The notes under the pieces were generated by a model. It worked only from the letters and a program-made list of their open reading frames with translations. It did no database searches and was not told where the DNA came from. The position numbers and the translations under genes were made by a program. This document shows positions 26,110-39,191 of a stretch of DNA of 64,000 nucleotides, piece by piece. The stretch is from Mobula hypostoma (taxonomy: Eukaryota). Numbering within the stretch: position 1 is the stretch's first letter; each line of letters opens with the position of its first letter. The DNA is taken from positions 19,470,001 through 19,534,000 of the forward strand of contig NC_086097.1 in NCBI RefSeq assembly GCF_963921235.1, in the 5' to 3' direction.

Positions 26110-26765
26110 CAAGAGCTGCAACAACAATCTTGCACTCAATACCAGTAAGACCAAGGAATTGATAGTGGACTTCAGGAAGGAGAAGTTGAGGGAACACATA
26201 CCAGACCTCATTAAGGGATCAGCAATGGAAAGGATGAGCAGTTTCACGTTCCTGGGTGCCAGCATCTCTGAAGACCTATCCTGGGCCCACCACACCAGTG
26301 CAATTACAAAGAAGGCAGATCAGTATCTCTATTTCATTAGGAGTTTAAGGAGATTTGGTATGTCACCAAAGACTTCAGCAAATTTCTACAGATATAGCAT
26401 GTAGAACATTCTAATTGGTTGCATCACTATCCAATCAGAAGAAGTTGCAGAAGGTTATAAATTCAGCCGACTCCAATATGGGCACTGGCTTTAAAAGATG
26501 ATGCCTCAAAAAGGCAACACCTGTCATTAAGGACCCCCACCACCCAAGATGTACACTCTTCTAATTACCACCATCTAAAGCCACACACTCAATGTTTTAG
26601 GAACATATTTTGCCCTCTGCCATCAGATTTCTAAACAGACAATGACCTCATTATTTTTGGTCTCTTTTTGCACTACTTGCTAAATTCCTTTAAATATATG
26701 TTTCTAATTATAATTCATGGTATATTTTATGTCTTTTATATGTATATACTTGATTCTGATTCTTA
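26110..26765 (+). mobile_element. Rex1/L2-like LINE 3' fragment
   Basis: KTKELIVDFRK, FTFLGASISEDLSW, LYFIRSLRRFGMS. Confidence 0.8.
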
Positions 26766-27249
26766 TAACAGCAGGATAGGAGCTGCCCTTGAGCCTGGGG
26801 GTACATGTTCTGCACTCTCCTTGAAGCCCCAGGTCTCTGGAATGGGTCTTGAAACCTCAGATGTGAAGTTGTGAATGTTCCATCTGGGCTACACCTAATA
26901 GAGACAATTCAGATGGGATGGGGGGGGAGACAATAAATGTCTTCCAATTGTTAGTGCTACAGTGGGGCAAATAATTAATGGTGATTATGGCACAGAATAA
27001 TTTTGCAAGTCTGTAAACTGACTGGACTCACTCAGTAACTTCCAATGAACATCTGGCAGATTCAGTGACATCAACCTGCCAAGACGCTGCCTGCCCCTCA
27101 GTGGTGAAACCCTGTGTATTGGCAGAACGTTGCATGCCAGAATGCCAATGCCTGGAGGACCCACAGCCTTCAAAGACCAGAAATCTCTTTGACACCCATT
27201 CTGCTTGGCTTAGCAGCCTGTCAAATCTGTCAGAAATCTTGAATGTTCC

Positions 27250-27415
27250 TAAATGCCCTGACATTCAAAACCATTCAAAAACTATTAAAAATCAATCAAA
27301 CAATTTCAAGTTCCTCTGACATTTAAAATCCATTAAAATCAAACAATAAAAAATTAAAATTTCAAATGCCTCTGACATTCTAAAACATTCTAAAACTATT
27401 AAAATTCGATTAAAT
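27250..27415. repeat. Degenerate AT-rich tandem repeat, about 57-bp unit x3
   Basis: aaatgccctgacattcaaaa / aagttcctctgacatttaaaa / aaatgcctctgacattctaaaa. Confidence 0.6.
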
Positions 27416-27902
27416 ATTAAAGTTGTAAAAGAAACAAGAACCCTGGCACTTAAAAATAATTAAGAACATTTACTAAATTAATGCAAAAAATCTATATTAC
27501 CTGATATAAACCTTGTAGGCAGTCTGATCTCCTGAAGTGGATGGAGCTGTATTCCCTAGTTTGACCTGGTTCAAGTTCCCGGGAGAGTTCATCAGCTTCA
27601 GTAGTGAGAAACTGGCACAGCTTTGTATCTGTCCCAGAGGAGTCCGGGACTGGAACAGTGAGGAAATGTAGAGCAGTGGAGATGTCAACCTACATTGGTG
27701 AGCGGATTCACATTTAATAATATTCCCCGGTCAACAGCTAATCGCAATTTTTCATGGAGCGTAGGACAAGTGGTGTCAACAACCTCAAAAAAAATGTAAA
27801 CTAACAAATAAGTTTCAGCTTTGAGTCTAATGTACAGTTTTTGGTGATGCCACAGTTTATGTTCTGAATAGAAGCGGTGTTTCACGCTGCGTCAGTGATA
27901 AG

Positions 27903-28150
27903 GAGGCACGTAGCATGCCAGTTAGTGTAACACTATCACAGCTTCAGCAAAGTGGGTTCAATTCCTGCCACCTTCTGTAAGGAGTTGTACGTTTCCACGT
28001 GACCACATTAGGTTCCTCCGGGTGCTCTGGTTTTCTCCCAGATTACAAAGACATACAGGTTGTTAGGTTAATTGATCGCCTGGGAATAATTGGATGGCAA
28101 GGGCTTGTTGGGCCAGAAGGCCCTGTTTACCCTGCTGTATCTCTAGATAG
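27903..28150 (+). mobile_element. tRNA-derived V-domain SINE
   Basis: B-box gggttcaattcc, V-domain ttcctccgggtgctctggttttctccca, CR1-like tail gggccagaaggccctgtt. Confidence 0.75.
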
Positions 28151-28504
28151 AATAAGATTGAAATGAGGGAGGCAGCCTCGTGTGAATGGTGTCTGATATT
28201 ACAGACTGGTTTTATCCATCTGCAAGTCAGCTATACGACACCTTTGTTGCCCTCGGCACATACTGCCTGTCGGCCCAGGTATTACTCTACATGTCACGTT
28301 TCAAAGTGACACTAGGTAATCACCTCAAGTTCGTCAGGGAGAAACAAGTTCAGAAACCTTAAAGGACTTTGCCAAAAGACAAAAGTCAGGCTTCTGTAAA
28401 ACATAAGGTAAGATAACTTGTACGTTGAAAGAAAGCACGTTACTTAAGGGAAGTTTCAGCAGGTGAGAGATGAACCAATGATTTTAAAGGGTATTACACA
28501 TAGC

Positions 28505-28625
28505 ATTCCTAACCCTAACCCTAACCCATACATCTTTGGACTGTGGGAGGAAACCAGAGCACCCAGAGGAATCCCACACGGTCACGGGGAGAACGTAAAA
28601 ATTCCTCGCAGACAGCGGCCGGAAT
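28505..28625 (-). mobile_element. V-domain SINE fragment
   Basis: tctttggactgtgggaggaaaccagagcacccagaggaatcccacacggtcacggggagaacgta. Confidence 0.8.
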
Positions 28626-28830
28626 GTACGAAAATCTGAGCACATTTCAGCATTTTTGGCATCATTACACTGGCCGCCTGTGTCCTTTCCGATCAATTTT
28701 TAAATACTCTTAATTGTATATAAGGCTCTGAATAATCTAGCTCCTCCATATATATTGGTGTGTCTACCCTCTTACACTCCTAATTGTAATCTTAGATCTG
28801 TGAATACTGCTTTGCTTAGTGTCCCTAAAG

Positions 28831-28900
28831 CAGGGGTTCCCAACCTTTTTTATGACATGAGCCAATGTCACTAAGCAAGGGCTTAGGTTGAGAATGCCTG
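28831..28900. mobile_element. hAT-like mini-MITE
   Basis: Terminal inverted repeats (TIRs) caggggttcccaacct / aggttgagaatgcctg; 8-bp flanks ccctaaag / tcctatag match at 6 of 8. Sister copy at 41036-41115. Confidence 0.65.
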
Positions 28901-29137
28901 TCCTATAGCCAAGCCTACAAGAACTGGCGATGCTGTTATGCACCGCAAGTCTGGAATACTCTACCAACCGAGGTGTGCCAGGCTAGTACCATGGAGTGGT
29001 TTAAAAACACTCCTAACAACCTACTTCTTCTAATTTGGCCCACGTATAGGATTTTTTAATGCCTGTTGATGTTGGTTACATTTATATAATTTGGTATATT
29101 CGATTACATTCTATTCTATAAAATGTTTGTCTTTACA

Positions 29138-29385
29138 CGGGGGAACATGAGAGGAAACCTCTTCACTCAGAGGGTGGTGACAGTGTGGAATGAGCTCCCA
29201 GCATAACTGGTGCATGTCAGCTTGATTTCAACATTTCAGAGAAGTTTGGATAGGTACATGGATGGTAAGGGTATGGAGGGCTATGGTCCCAGTGCAGGTC
29301 GATGGAAGTAGGCAGTTTCAGTGGTTCAGTACAGATTAGATAGGCTGAAGGGCCTGTTTCTGTGCTGTACTTTTCTATGACTATT
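29138..29385 (+). mobile_element. CR1 3' fragment
   Basis: gggaacatgagaggaaaccttcttcactcagagggtggtg...gggcctgtttctgtgctgta. Confidence 0.75.
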
Positions 29386-30089
29386 TCCAATGATTTTTAA
29401 TTATGTTTCGTATTTTTATAACTATACTGATTTATCTTTACAATCGATGGAAAGCACCTTGAGCCTGCCTCTTAATATGTGAAAGGTGCTATGTAAGTAA
29501 AGTTATTATTATAAGTAAACGCCAGTCAAGAATCGTTGGCTCTGTAAGGAGTTGTACTAAATGTTCCACCATCTCGCTATGTTTCAGGTTGAGACCTTGC
29601 ATCAGGACCTATCAACTGTTCCTCTGCCTCCAGAGGTGCAGCCTGACCCTCTGAAATTCTCCAGCAGCAACGTGGGGAAGAGTGACAATGAGAACTGATT
29701 TCCATAAATGGATCGTCAGTACACGTCAAAACCTCAGCATGTTAATGGGTTTCATGGCAACTGGCCCAGACAAATGGGATTTCTTTTTCTTTCAAGCCAT
29801 TTCTTTTGATTTCATCTTCTGGATAAAGAGCTCTGGTGCCCAGTCCAGGAACGCAGCTTTCAGATCGCTGATTGAAACACAGAGAGAAGTACAATTGCAG
29901 AACAAATTGCAATTACCATCTACTACTTTCCCGGAGCTGAGCGAAATTTGCTGCAGCTTTTCGAAATTGTGGCCAAGAATTTAGAAAGGTACCAGCTGTA
30001 AACGAAACCAAAAAGCCACCCATTCCGTTTGGGCTCATCATGGGCTGAATCTTTTAAAGGGACCTCGCCCAACCTTGCCGGAGGCTGTA

Positions 30090-30615
30090 TATCAGAATCA
30101 GGTTTAATATCACTGGCATACAGCATGAAATTTGTTGTTTTGTGGCAGCAATACATTTGTTGTTTTGTGCAATACATTTTTAAATAACAACTATAACTTA
30201 CAATAGGAAATGTATTTAAAAATTAAATTAAATGAGTAGTGCACAAAGAAAGCAGAAATAATGAGGTGGTGTCCATTGTCCATTCAGTAATCTGATGACA
30301 GAGGGGGAAGAAACTGTTCCCAAAACGTTGTGTGTGTGTGTGTGCCTTCAGGCTCCTGTACCTCCACTTTGATGAGGATACTAAGAAGAGAGCATGTCCG
30401 GGGTGATCAGGGTCCTTAATGATGGATGCCACCTTTTTGAAGCATCGCCTTTTGAAGATGCCCTGGATGCTGGGGAGGCTATTGCCCATGATGAAGCTGG
30501 CTGAGTTTGCAACTCTCTGCAGATTTTTCCAATCCTGTGCAGTGGTCCTTCCATACCAGATGGTGATGAAACCAGTTGGAATGCTCTCCACGGTGAATCT
30601 GTAGAAATTTGCTCG
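30090..30615 (-). mobile_element. Rex1/L2-like LINE 3' fragment
   Basis: ORF 30223-30591 ITIWYG..LQRVANSA..IIKDPDHPGHALF; (tctga)n tail. Confidence 0.85.
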
Positions 30616-31466
30616 ATTGCATCCTAATTATACCGATGGAGTCGTGGCGTTAGCATCTTCAGACGGGTGATGCCATCGTTGTCACACCTGCCTCTGGCTT
30701 TCTGCCCATGTTCTCCCTCCCCCCTAACCCACCTATTAATGTTAATCCCTGTCTCAACTGCAGGGATCACAGGTCAGAGGGAAGTGGATATTGGACTCGC
30801 TGGCTGAGTTTAGCAGGATTCACTAGTGAATGTAATTAATTCAATTCAAATCAAGATCAATTGTCATTCAACCATTCATGAATATCATGAATACTGTACA
30901 GCCAAATGAGACAGTTTTACTCCAGGGCCAAGGTGCAAAAACACATTACCAACAGTCACACACCGTACAGCACACACACAAGATCACAATCACGGAATAA
31001 GAGTCCCGACGTGCTCCCCCCCGCCACCCGCATGACACCGCGGATTGAGGCCCAGTCCCCAGTCCTCAGAAGAATTAATCTTCTTATAGTGTTCCACAGA
31101 GCAATTTCACATCATCTCTTAAAGACAGGCAACATTTTACCTCAACCCTGTGCAAACTGACTTCAGGGAATATGGAATATAGTACATAGCACATCAAACA
31201 GTATAGCACATGAGCTGGCCCTTCTGCCCATCATGTTGGTTCCAACCATGAGACCAGTTTAAACTGCACTCTTGCTTGCACGGTCCCTATTGCTTAAATC
31301 TCTGTCTGTTCATCTGTCTGTCTAAATGCCTCTTAAACGTTGTTATTCAATCTGCTTCCGCTACTTTCCCTGGCAGTGTGTTCCAGTCATCTACAACTCT
31401 CTGAGCAAAAGAAAAACTTGTTATGTAAATCTCCTCTAAGCTTCCCTTTTCTCCCCTATAAAGCTA

Positions 31467-31965
31467 CGAGGGGTGATTGATAAGTTCGTGGCCTAAGGTA
31501 GAAGGAGTCAATTTTAGAAAATCTAGCACATTTATTTTTCAACATAGTCCCCTTCTACATTTACACACTTAGTCCAGCAGTTGTGGAGCATACGGATCCT
31601 TCTTTGTAGAAGTCGGTGTCTTGAACCTCCAGAAAGTGGTCCACAGCAGGGGTGATTGATAAGTTCGGGGCCTAAGGTAGAAAGGGATGAGATATTAACT
31701 TCAAACTTTCTGCATAATCACTCAAAGAGTTGAACTGCATGTGCATGTAATGAGAGCTGTATAACTCACCTCCTTCTACTGTAGGCCACAAACTTATCAA
31801 TCACCCTGCTGTGGACACTTTCTGGAGGTCCAAGATCCGTATGCTCCACAACTGCTGGACTAAGTGTGTAGATGTAGGAGGGGACTATGTTGAAAAATAA
31901 ATGTGGTAGGTTTTCTAAAATTGACTCCTTCTACCTTAGGTCACAAATTTATCAATCACCCCTTG
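31467..31965. mobile_element. Mariner-derived palindromic MITE with TA TSD and nested internal TIRs
   Basis: TA|CGAGGGGTGATTGATAAGTTCGTGGCCTAAGG ... CCTTAGGTCACAAATTTATCAATCACCCCTTG|TA. The outer inverted arms pair over about 130 bp, and TIR copies recur at about 31649-31690 and 31766-31806. Confidence 0.9.
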
Positions 31966-32619
31966 TATACACTTTGGTATTTAATGTTTCCATCCCAGGA
32001 AAAATAATTTTTTCTCTGTTAGAACATAGAACAAGAGAGGGCTATGTGGGAGGGAAGAGTCAGATTGATCTTAGAATAGGTTTAAAGGGTCAGCACAATA
32101 TTGGGGTTGAAAGACCTGTACTGTACTATTCTATGTTCTAACATATTGTATTGTGCAAAAGTCTTTGGGAAAAGAGGTGGGGGTGTGACACTGCTGATCA
32201 GAGATAGTTTCACGGCTGCAGAATAGGAAGAAATCATGGAGGGATTGTCTACTGAGTCTCTATGGGTGGAAGTTAGAAACAGGAAGGGGTCAATAATTGA
32301 GTGTTTTTTTATAGACTACCCAATAGTAACAGGGACACCAAGGAGCAGATAGGGAGACAGATTCTGGAAAGATGCAATAATAACAGAGTTGTCATGGTGG
32401 GAGATTTTAATTTCCCCAATATTGATTGGCATCTCCCTAGAGCAAGCGGCATAGATGGGGTGGAATTTGTTAGGTGTGTTCAGGAAGATTTCCTGACACA
32501 ATATGTAGATAAGGCTGTACTTGATCTGGTATTGAGAAATGAACCTGGTCAGATGTCAGGTCTCTCAGTGGGAGAGCATTTTGAAGATAATGATCACAAT
32601 CCTATCTCCTTTACCATAG

Positions 32620-32827
32620 ACAACAGAAATTCTGCAGATGCTGGAAATTCAAGCAACATACATCAAAGTTGCTGGTGAACGCAGCAGGCCAAGCAGCATA
32701 GGCGCAGTCGACGTTTCAGGCCGAGACCCTTCGTCCTGACGAAGGGTCTCGGCCTGAAACGTCGACTGCGCCTCTTCCTATAGATGCTGCTTGGCCTGCT
32801 GCGTTCACCAGCAACTTTGATGTTTGT
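32620..32827. mobile_element. Fold-back Penelope-like mini-element with 13-bp TSD
   Basis: TSD TCCTTTACCATAG at 32607-32619 and 32828-32840; near-perfect inverted arms centred at 32735-32737. Confidence 0.9.
32733..32766 (+). ncRNA. Minimal type I hammerhead ribozyme motif (intact core)
   Basis: gtc-CTGACGA-agggtctcggcct-GAAAC-GTC-gac. Confidence 0.8.
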
Positions 32828-32856
32828 TCCTTTACCATAGCATTGGAGAGGGATAG

Positions 32857-33758
32857 TGTCACGTACCCCGTGACGGGAATAAAGAAACAGCAGAATTAGA
32901 AAACACTTTGGAGTCCAGCATTGCTATAAACTAATAATATTTATTAGTAACTGCACAATACAGTAACATAAATGTAGATAAGTCAAACAGGTTAGCAATG
33001 ATTATATATATAAGTAAGTATATCAGTAAGTGTGGAAATATATGTATGGAAAACCAAGCATCTTTAAGTCTAGGGGTAAAAAGATCCAGTCTTACGATGA
33101 TGAGCAAAGTTCAGTTCAGTTCAGTTCGTGGTATTGAGTTGAGTAGTGATGGAGAGAGAGAGAGGGAGAGATTTAAGGCTTCAGGGGAGCTAACGCCATC
33201 GATGTTCTCGTTGTCCTTCGAAATCCTTTAAAAGTCACTGACTGTGACTTTAACAAAGGGGACTGGTTTTTCTGTGGTGGAGCTATCCCCCAGGCGAGGG
33301 TGGACACATGGACAACTCCCCACCAGTCAACCCTTTTCCTCTTTCCACTGCAAGAGCGATGGATCGATCCACCTGATCGATCCTCCAAACCCCACTTTTT
33401 CTGCGGGCACAACAATGCTCATTCAGTGTCCAAACATGTGTCTGAGGTCTGTATCATCTGACCTCCTATTTTATCTTCCTGTGCTGAGCATCAACTGTCA
33501 TTCAAATAATTCCTCCTTCCTCTCTCTGTGTAAGAAATGCAAGCAGGCAAAAAGTCCTTGAAAGGTGTCAACAACCTGCCTGCGGTCACCATAGCAACTT
33601 ATGAGCTGCTCGGTGCTGTCTCCAACTCCAGCAGAAATCCAAGAGTTAACCAGTTCCTTAAAGTGACAGTCCAACCGTTAATCTTCGTCTCGCTCTCTCT
33701 TTTACAAACAAGCTATCGGTGGTAAATAACTCTAGGGGTACCTCAGGATCCCCTCACA
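32857..33758. mobile_element. Solo LTR (902 bp, Gypsy-like) with 4-bp TSD ATAG
   Basis: TGTCAC...CTCACA; ATAG at 32853-32856 and 33759-33762. Removing it restores the CR1 sequence. Sister copy at 46203-47011. Confidence 0.88.
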
Positions 33759-36700
33759 ATAGGAACTGACAAGTTAGGAAAATATTTAATTGGAATAAGG
33801 GGAAATATGAAGCTATCAGGCAGGAACTTGGAAGCATAAATTGGGAATAGATGTTCTCAGGGAAATGTACAACAGAAATGTGGCAAATGTTCAGGGGATA
33901 TTTACATGGCATTCTACATAGGTACGTTCCAATGAGGCAGGGAAAGGATGGTAGGGTACAGGAACCGTGGTGTACAAAGGCTGTTGAAAATCTAGTCAAG
34001 AAGAAAAGAAAAGCTTACAAAAGGTACAAAAAACTAGGTAATGATAGAGATCTAGAAGATTATAAGGCTAGCTGGAAGGAGCTTAAGAAAGAAATTAGGA
34101 CAGCCAGATGAGGCCATGAGAAGGCCTTGGCGAGCAGGATAAAGGAAATCCCCAAGGCATTCTACAAGTATGTGAAGAGCAAGTGAGTGAATAGGACCAT
34201 TCAAGTGTGACAGTGGAAAAGTGTGTTTGGAACCAGAGGAAATAGCAGAGGTACTTAATGAATACTTTTCTTCAGTATTCACTATGGAAAAGGACCTTCC
34301 AATTTTAGGGATGACTTACAGCGGACTGAAAAGCTTGAACAATAGACGTTAAGAAAGCATCAAGTTGGATAAGTCACCGGGACCGGACGAGATATACCCT
34401 AGGCTACTGTGGGAGGCGAGGGAGGAGATTGCTGAGCCTCTGGCAATGATCTTTGAATCATCAATGGGGACAGGGAGGTTTCGGAGGATTAGAGGGTTGA
34501 AGATGTTGTTCCCTTATTCAAGAAAGGGAGTAGAGATAGCCCAGGAAATTATAGACCAGTGAGTCTTACTTCATTGGTTGGCAAGTTGATGGAGAAAATC
34601 CTAAGAGGGTGGATTTATGAACATTTGGAGAGGCATAATATGATTAGGAATAGTCAACATGGCTTTGTTAAAGGCAGGTCGTGCCTCACGAGCCTGATTG
34701 AATTTTTTGAGGATGTGACTGAACACATTGATGAAGGTAGAGCAGTAGATGTAGTGTATATGGATTTCAGCAAGGCATTTGATAATGTACCCATGCAAGC
34801 CTTTTTGAGAAAGTAAGGAGGCATGGGATCCAAAGGGACCTTGCTTTGTGGATCCAGAACTGGCTTGCCCACAGAAGGGAAAGAGTGGTTGTAGATGGAT
34901 TATATTCTGCATGGAGGTTCGTGACCAGTGGTGTGCCTCAGGGATCTGTTCTGGAACCCCTTCTCTTTGTGATTTTTATAAATAAACTGAATGAGGAAAT
35001 GGTGGGATAGGTTAATAAATTTGCTGATGACACAAAGGTTGGGGGTGTTGTGGATGGTGTAGAGGTCTGTCAGAGGTTACAGCGGGACATTGATAGGATG
35101 CAAAGCTGGGCTGAGAAGTGGCAGATGGAGTTCAACCCAGATAACTGTGAGGTGGTTCATTTGGTAGGTCAAATATGATGGCAGAATATAGTATTAATGG
35201 TAAGACTCTTGACAGAGTGGAGGATCAGAGGGATCTTGGGGTCCGAGTCCATAGGTCACTCAAAGCTGCTGCGTAGGTTGACTGTGTGGTTAAGAAGGCA
35301 TATGGTGCATTGGCCTTCATCAACTGTGGGATTGAGTTCAAGGGCCAAGAGGTAATGTTACAGCTATAGAGGACCCTGATCAGACCCCAGTTGGAGTACT
35401 GTGCTCAGTTCTGGTCACCTCACTACAGGAAGGATATGGAAACTATATAAAGGTGTAGAGGAGATTTAAAAGGATGTTGCCTGGATTGAGAAGTATGCCT
35501 TACAAGAATAGGTTGAGTGAACTTGGCATTTTTTCTTTGGAGCGATGGAGGATGAGAGGTGACCTGATAGAGGTGTATAAGATGATGAGAGACATTGATC
35601 ACGTGGACAGTCAGAGGCTTTTTCCCAGGGCTGAAATGGCTAACACAAGAGGGCACAGTTTTAAGTTGCTTGAAAGTAGGTACAGGGTGGGTGTCAGGGG
35701 TAAAATTTTTTGTGCAGAGAGTGGTGAGTGCGTGAAATGGACTGCTGGCAACGGTGGTGGAGGTGGATACGATAGGGTCTTTTAAGAGGTTCCTGGATAG
35801 ATACATGGAGCTTAGAAAAATAGAGGGCTATGGGTAACGCAAGGTAAGGACATGTTTGGCACAGCATTGTGGGCCGAAGGGCTTGTATTGTGTTGTAGGT
35901 TTTCTCTGTTTCTATATATATAGCTTTAAGATTTTTATACAGTACTGTACTTGTCAACATGGGGTGGAGAGCGAGTTTGTAAATCTGGCAGGAGCAACAG
36001 GTGTTGAGAATGGTGAAGGTGGAATGCCACTGGAGGGGTTTGGGACAGGCAGCAGAGAAGGAGTTCCAGGGACAAGGGTGACGTGAGTGAACACTACAGC
36101 CCACTTTGGCCCAATGTTGTCTGAACCAACTAACTAATAATCAAATGTCTAACTAAACTAGTCCCTTCTGCATATACAATGACCATATCCCTCCATTTCC
36201 TGTACATTTTTATTCCTATCTGAAAGCCTCTTAAATCCTTTATCATATTTGCCTCCACCACCACCCCTGGTAGTGCATTCCAGACACCCACCACACTTGC
36301 CCTGCACACCTCCTTTGAACTTTCCCCATCCCACCTTTTGTAGTTGTAACTGAACAAAACTCTGCAACTGGCTCTCCTCATCCTGCCCAACAGGGTCTCC
36401 TTATCTCTTTGCAGAGCAGTTGGTCACAAGACCAGGGCTTTGTCTGCACTGGTGATGGGGCAGCTCGCCTTAAAACCTGACGCATAGCCGTTCACAATAA
36501 CCACAATGGAAGTCTTTGCGTCAGGGTACAGGGGTGGATGTGGTGACCTTCCGCTGTTGCGACAAGGAAGCTTCGAGCTAATTACTGATGCGTGCTCACC
36601 TTTGCTCTAAGTTCCAGGTGGACCACTCAGCCACAGCTCATCCACAGAAATGGTCCCTACACTGAATCATCTGTGCAGAATAGAATTGATGGCAGTGAGT

Positions 36701-37139
36701 TTGCATTCAAGCAAGTGTCATGCCTGGTAACTCCTATCACTGGCTATGTGAGGGTAAGAGCTCCCTGGAGTCATGGAGTATTACCACACAGAAACTGGCC
36801 CTTCGGTCCAACTGGTCTCTGACAGCCACAGAATTCACCCCCTCCCCCCACTAGTCACAGTTGCCCACTTTCAACCCGTAGCACTCCCCTCCAGGTACCC
36901 ATCTGAAATGCCTCTTCAATGTTGCATTTGTACTTCCTCTGGAAGCTCATTCCAGGTACTCACTACCTTCTGTGTGAGGTTGTTACCTCTCAGGTATCTT
37001 AAATCTTTTACCTCTTATCTTATAGCTGTGTCCTCGAGTTTTGGACTTCCTAACCATGTGGTAAAGACTGTGAATGTCCATCTTATCCATACCCCTCTTG
37101 ATTTTATAAACTTCTATAAAGTCACCTCTCATTCATCAC

Positions 37140-37392
37140 AGAGATGAGGAGAAATTTCTTTCGCCAGCGTGTGGTGAATTCATTTCCACAGGTGACTGTG
37201 GAGGCCAAGTCATTTGGTATACTTAAGGCTGAGGTTGATAGATTCTTGATTAGTCAGGGCATATAAGGATATGGGGAGAAGGCATGAGATTGGGGCTGAT
37301 AGAGAAATGGAACCACCATGATGAAATGATGGAGCAGACTCGAAGGGCCAAATGGCCTAATTCTGCTCCTCTAACTTATGGTCTTATGGTCT
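37140..37392 (+). mobile_element. CR1 3' fragment nested in an opposite-strand CR1 (about 36770-37600)
   Basis: gagatgaggagaaatttctt...gggccaaatggcctaattctgctcct. Confidence 0.7.
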
Positions 37393-39191
37393 CATTCTCC
37401 TTTGTTCCAAGGAATAAACATCCAGCGTGGCCAATCTCTCTCTATAACTCAAGCTCTCTAGTTCAGGCAACATCCTCATAAATCTCTTCTATACCACCTC
37501 CAATTTGGGAACCTCTTCTGGTTCAATGCCAACATATCCTTTCTTAGATAAGGGGCCAAGCTGCTCAGTTGTGGTCTGAACAATGCCTTATAAGGCCTCA
37601 CTCAGTTTCAGTCCTGATGCAAGTGTTCATCCCAAAGTGTCACCCATCCTTCTGCCTCCACAGGTGCTGCTCAACCTGATAAGTTCCTCCAGCGGTTTGT
37701 TTGTTTTTGTTTCAGTTCTTTGGTTTTCCTTCTCTTTATTTACATTAATAAAGGAGAAATATAGAATGAAATATTGATTAATACCACTTTAGAAATTGTA
37801 ATATGCGACCAACTACCCTCAGTACATTGTTGACTTATTGATTCATTATAGACATTTACTTCCAGTACCTTGGAGAGTGACCTAGAGGAGATTCGGGATA
37901 TTAATTATTGCTTTGTTACCTCCCCAGTGATTATCTAAAGTCTATGCGTCTCATTAAACTCCTGCCAGCTCGAAGCAATCTATCACCTAAACACTGTATC
38001 TGATCTAACTTTTCACAATGCCACTTGACCTTTTTTCAAGTGAAAGTGACATTAATTTCTCAAGTCTCCATTCATCACCTCAGCCCTGATAATATCTGGT
38101 TAGATCCATGCTGCACGCTCACCATTGCAAGCTTAAACCAGAGCTGCAAGAGGAACAAGGATCTTGTAAGTTTGATATCATTTCTCTGCTGAAAGGCTTT
38201 ATTATTATTCTGAAAGTCAAGAGTTCTATCTAATATTTCATGGCCTCCTCCACCTGCACTGACAGATTTAATGATGTGTTAGTGCTGATTGAGATCCTTG
38301 CTCTCATACTCCCTTTGACCTTACTGTTTAATGAGGCCTCCTTATTCTTACTGTCAGCTACATCTAACTTCACTTGCTATCTGTTTATACAGCTCTGTCC
38401 CTCTGAGGATCTCCTTCTCGTCCACACCTACCCTTGCTGGTTTGCCGCTGTGACATCATCTGAAAATACAGACTTAGTTCCCACACTGATAATATACAAT
38501 GCCCCCTTAGTTTTGGGTAAACCTCTGAGGGGAAACATCTACCTTGTTAATCCCCTCTGTTATGTTTCAATAGGATCGCCTCACATTATTCTAAACTCCA
38601 ATGAATATCAAATGAAACCTCTCAGCCATTCTTCATATGTCAAAACCAGGACTCAGCATGGTGAATCTTCTCTGCACAATCTCCTAAGAGAATAAAGCCT
38701 TCTTGAAAAACTGTACACAGGACTCCTAATGCAGCTTCACCAGCTGTGGACGATTTTAACCAACTGGGGTCTGGTAAATATCTTTGCAAGACTATAGAAT
38801 TGTGTGTCTGTATTGCTTAAGGCCTGAATCAGCAGAAAATCATGGAGCTGCCCTCTACCTTTCTGCTGTAGACTTAAGATTACATGGTGTTGCTCTCTCA
38901 CTTGCAGCTATGTATACAAGACTATGTATTTTTTCTCTCTAGCTAGCTTAGGACAATACCGAATATGGAAATGTTGAACAAACCATACCCGTTAGAAGTA
39001 GCCATAAAGGGGGTGCGTGTACTGATTGTAAGCGGAGTCATTCCTCTCCGGAGGGACAGCGCCCAATGTCACGTAAATAAAGAGTCTCCTAACAAATACC
39101 TGGATCTGAGTCTTGTGTGGGAAAAGAAATTCCCTAACACCAGCACTATGCAGAGTTGCGTAAAACCTACAGACTTTATATTTTTGAAACA

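Larger units (their letters stand above)
32168..35915 (+). mobile_element. CR1 LINE (endonuclease C-half plus RT), decayed, hosting two nested insertions
   Basis: FYRLPNS..VVMVGDFNFPNIDW..LDLVL..DNDHN (endonuclease); KSPGPDEIYPR, YMDFSKAFD, tttgctgatgac (FADD); CR1 3' tail. Confidence 0.92.

Noticed and set aside
28508..28527. (CCCTAA)3 telomere-like repeat
   Set aside because: Only three units, lying at the end of a V-SINE; best explained as local slippage rather than an interstitial telomere.
29740..29868. Possible terminal exon on the minus strand (DLKAAFLDWAPELFIQKMKSKEMA*)
   Set aside because: Acceptor looks plausible, but there is no recognisable homology or linked exon; insufficient support.
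38240..38695. 151-aa hydrophobic ORF
   Set aside because: Appears to run across antisense decayed CR1 fragments; no recognisable domain.
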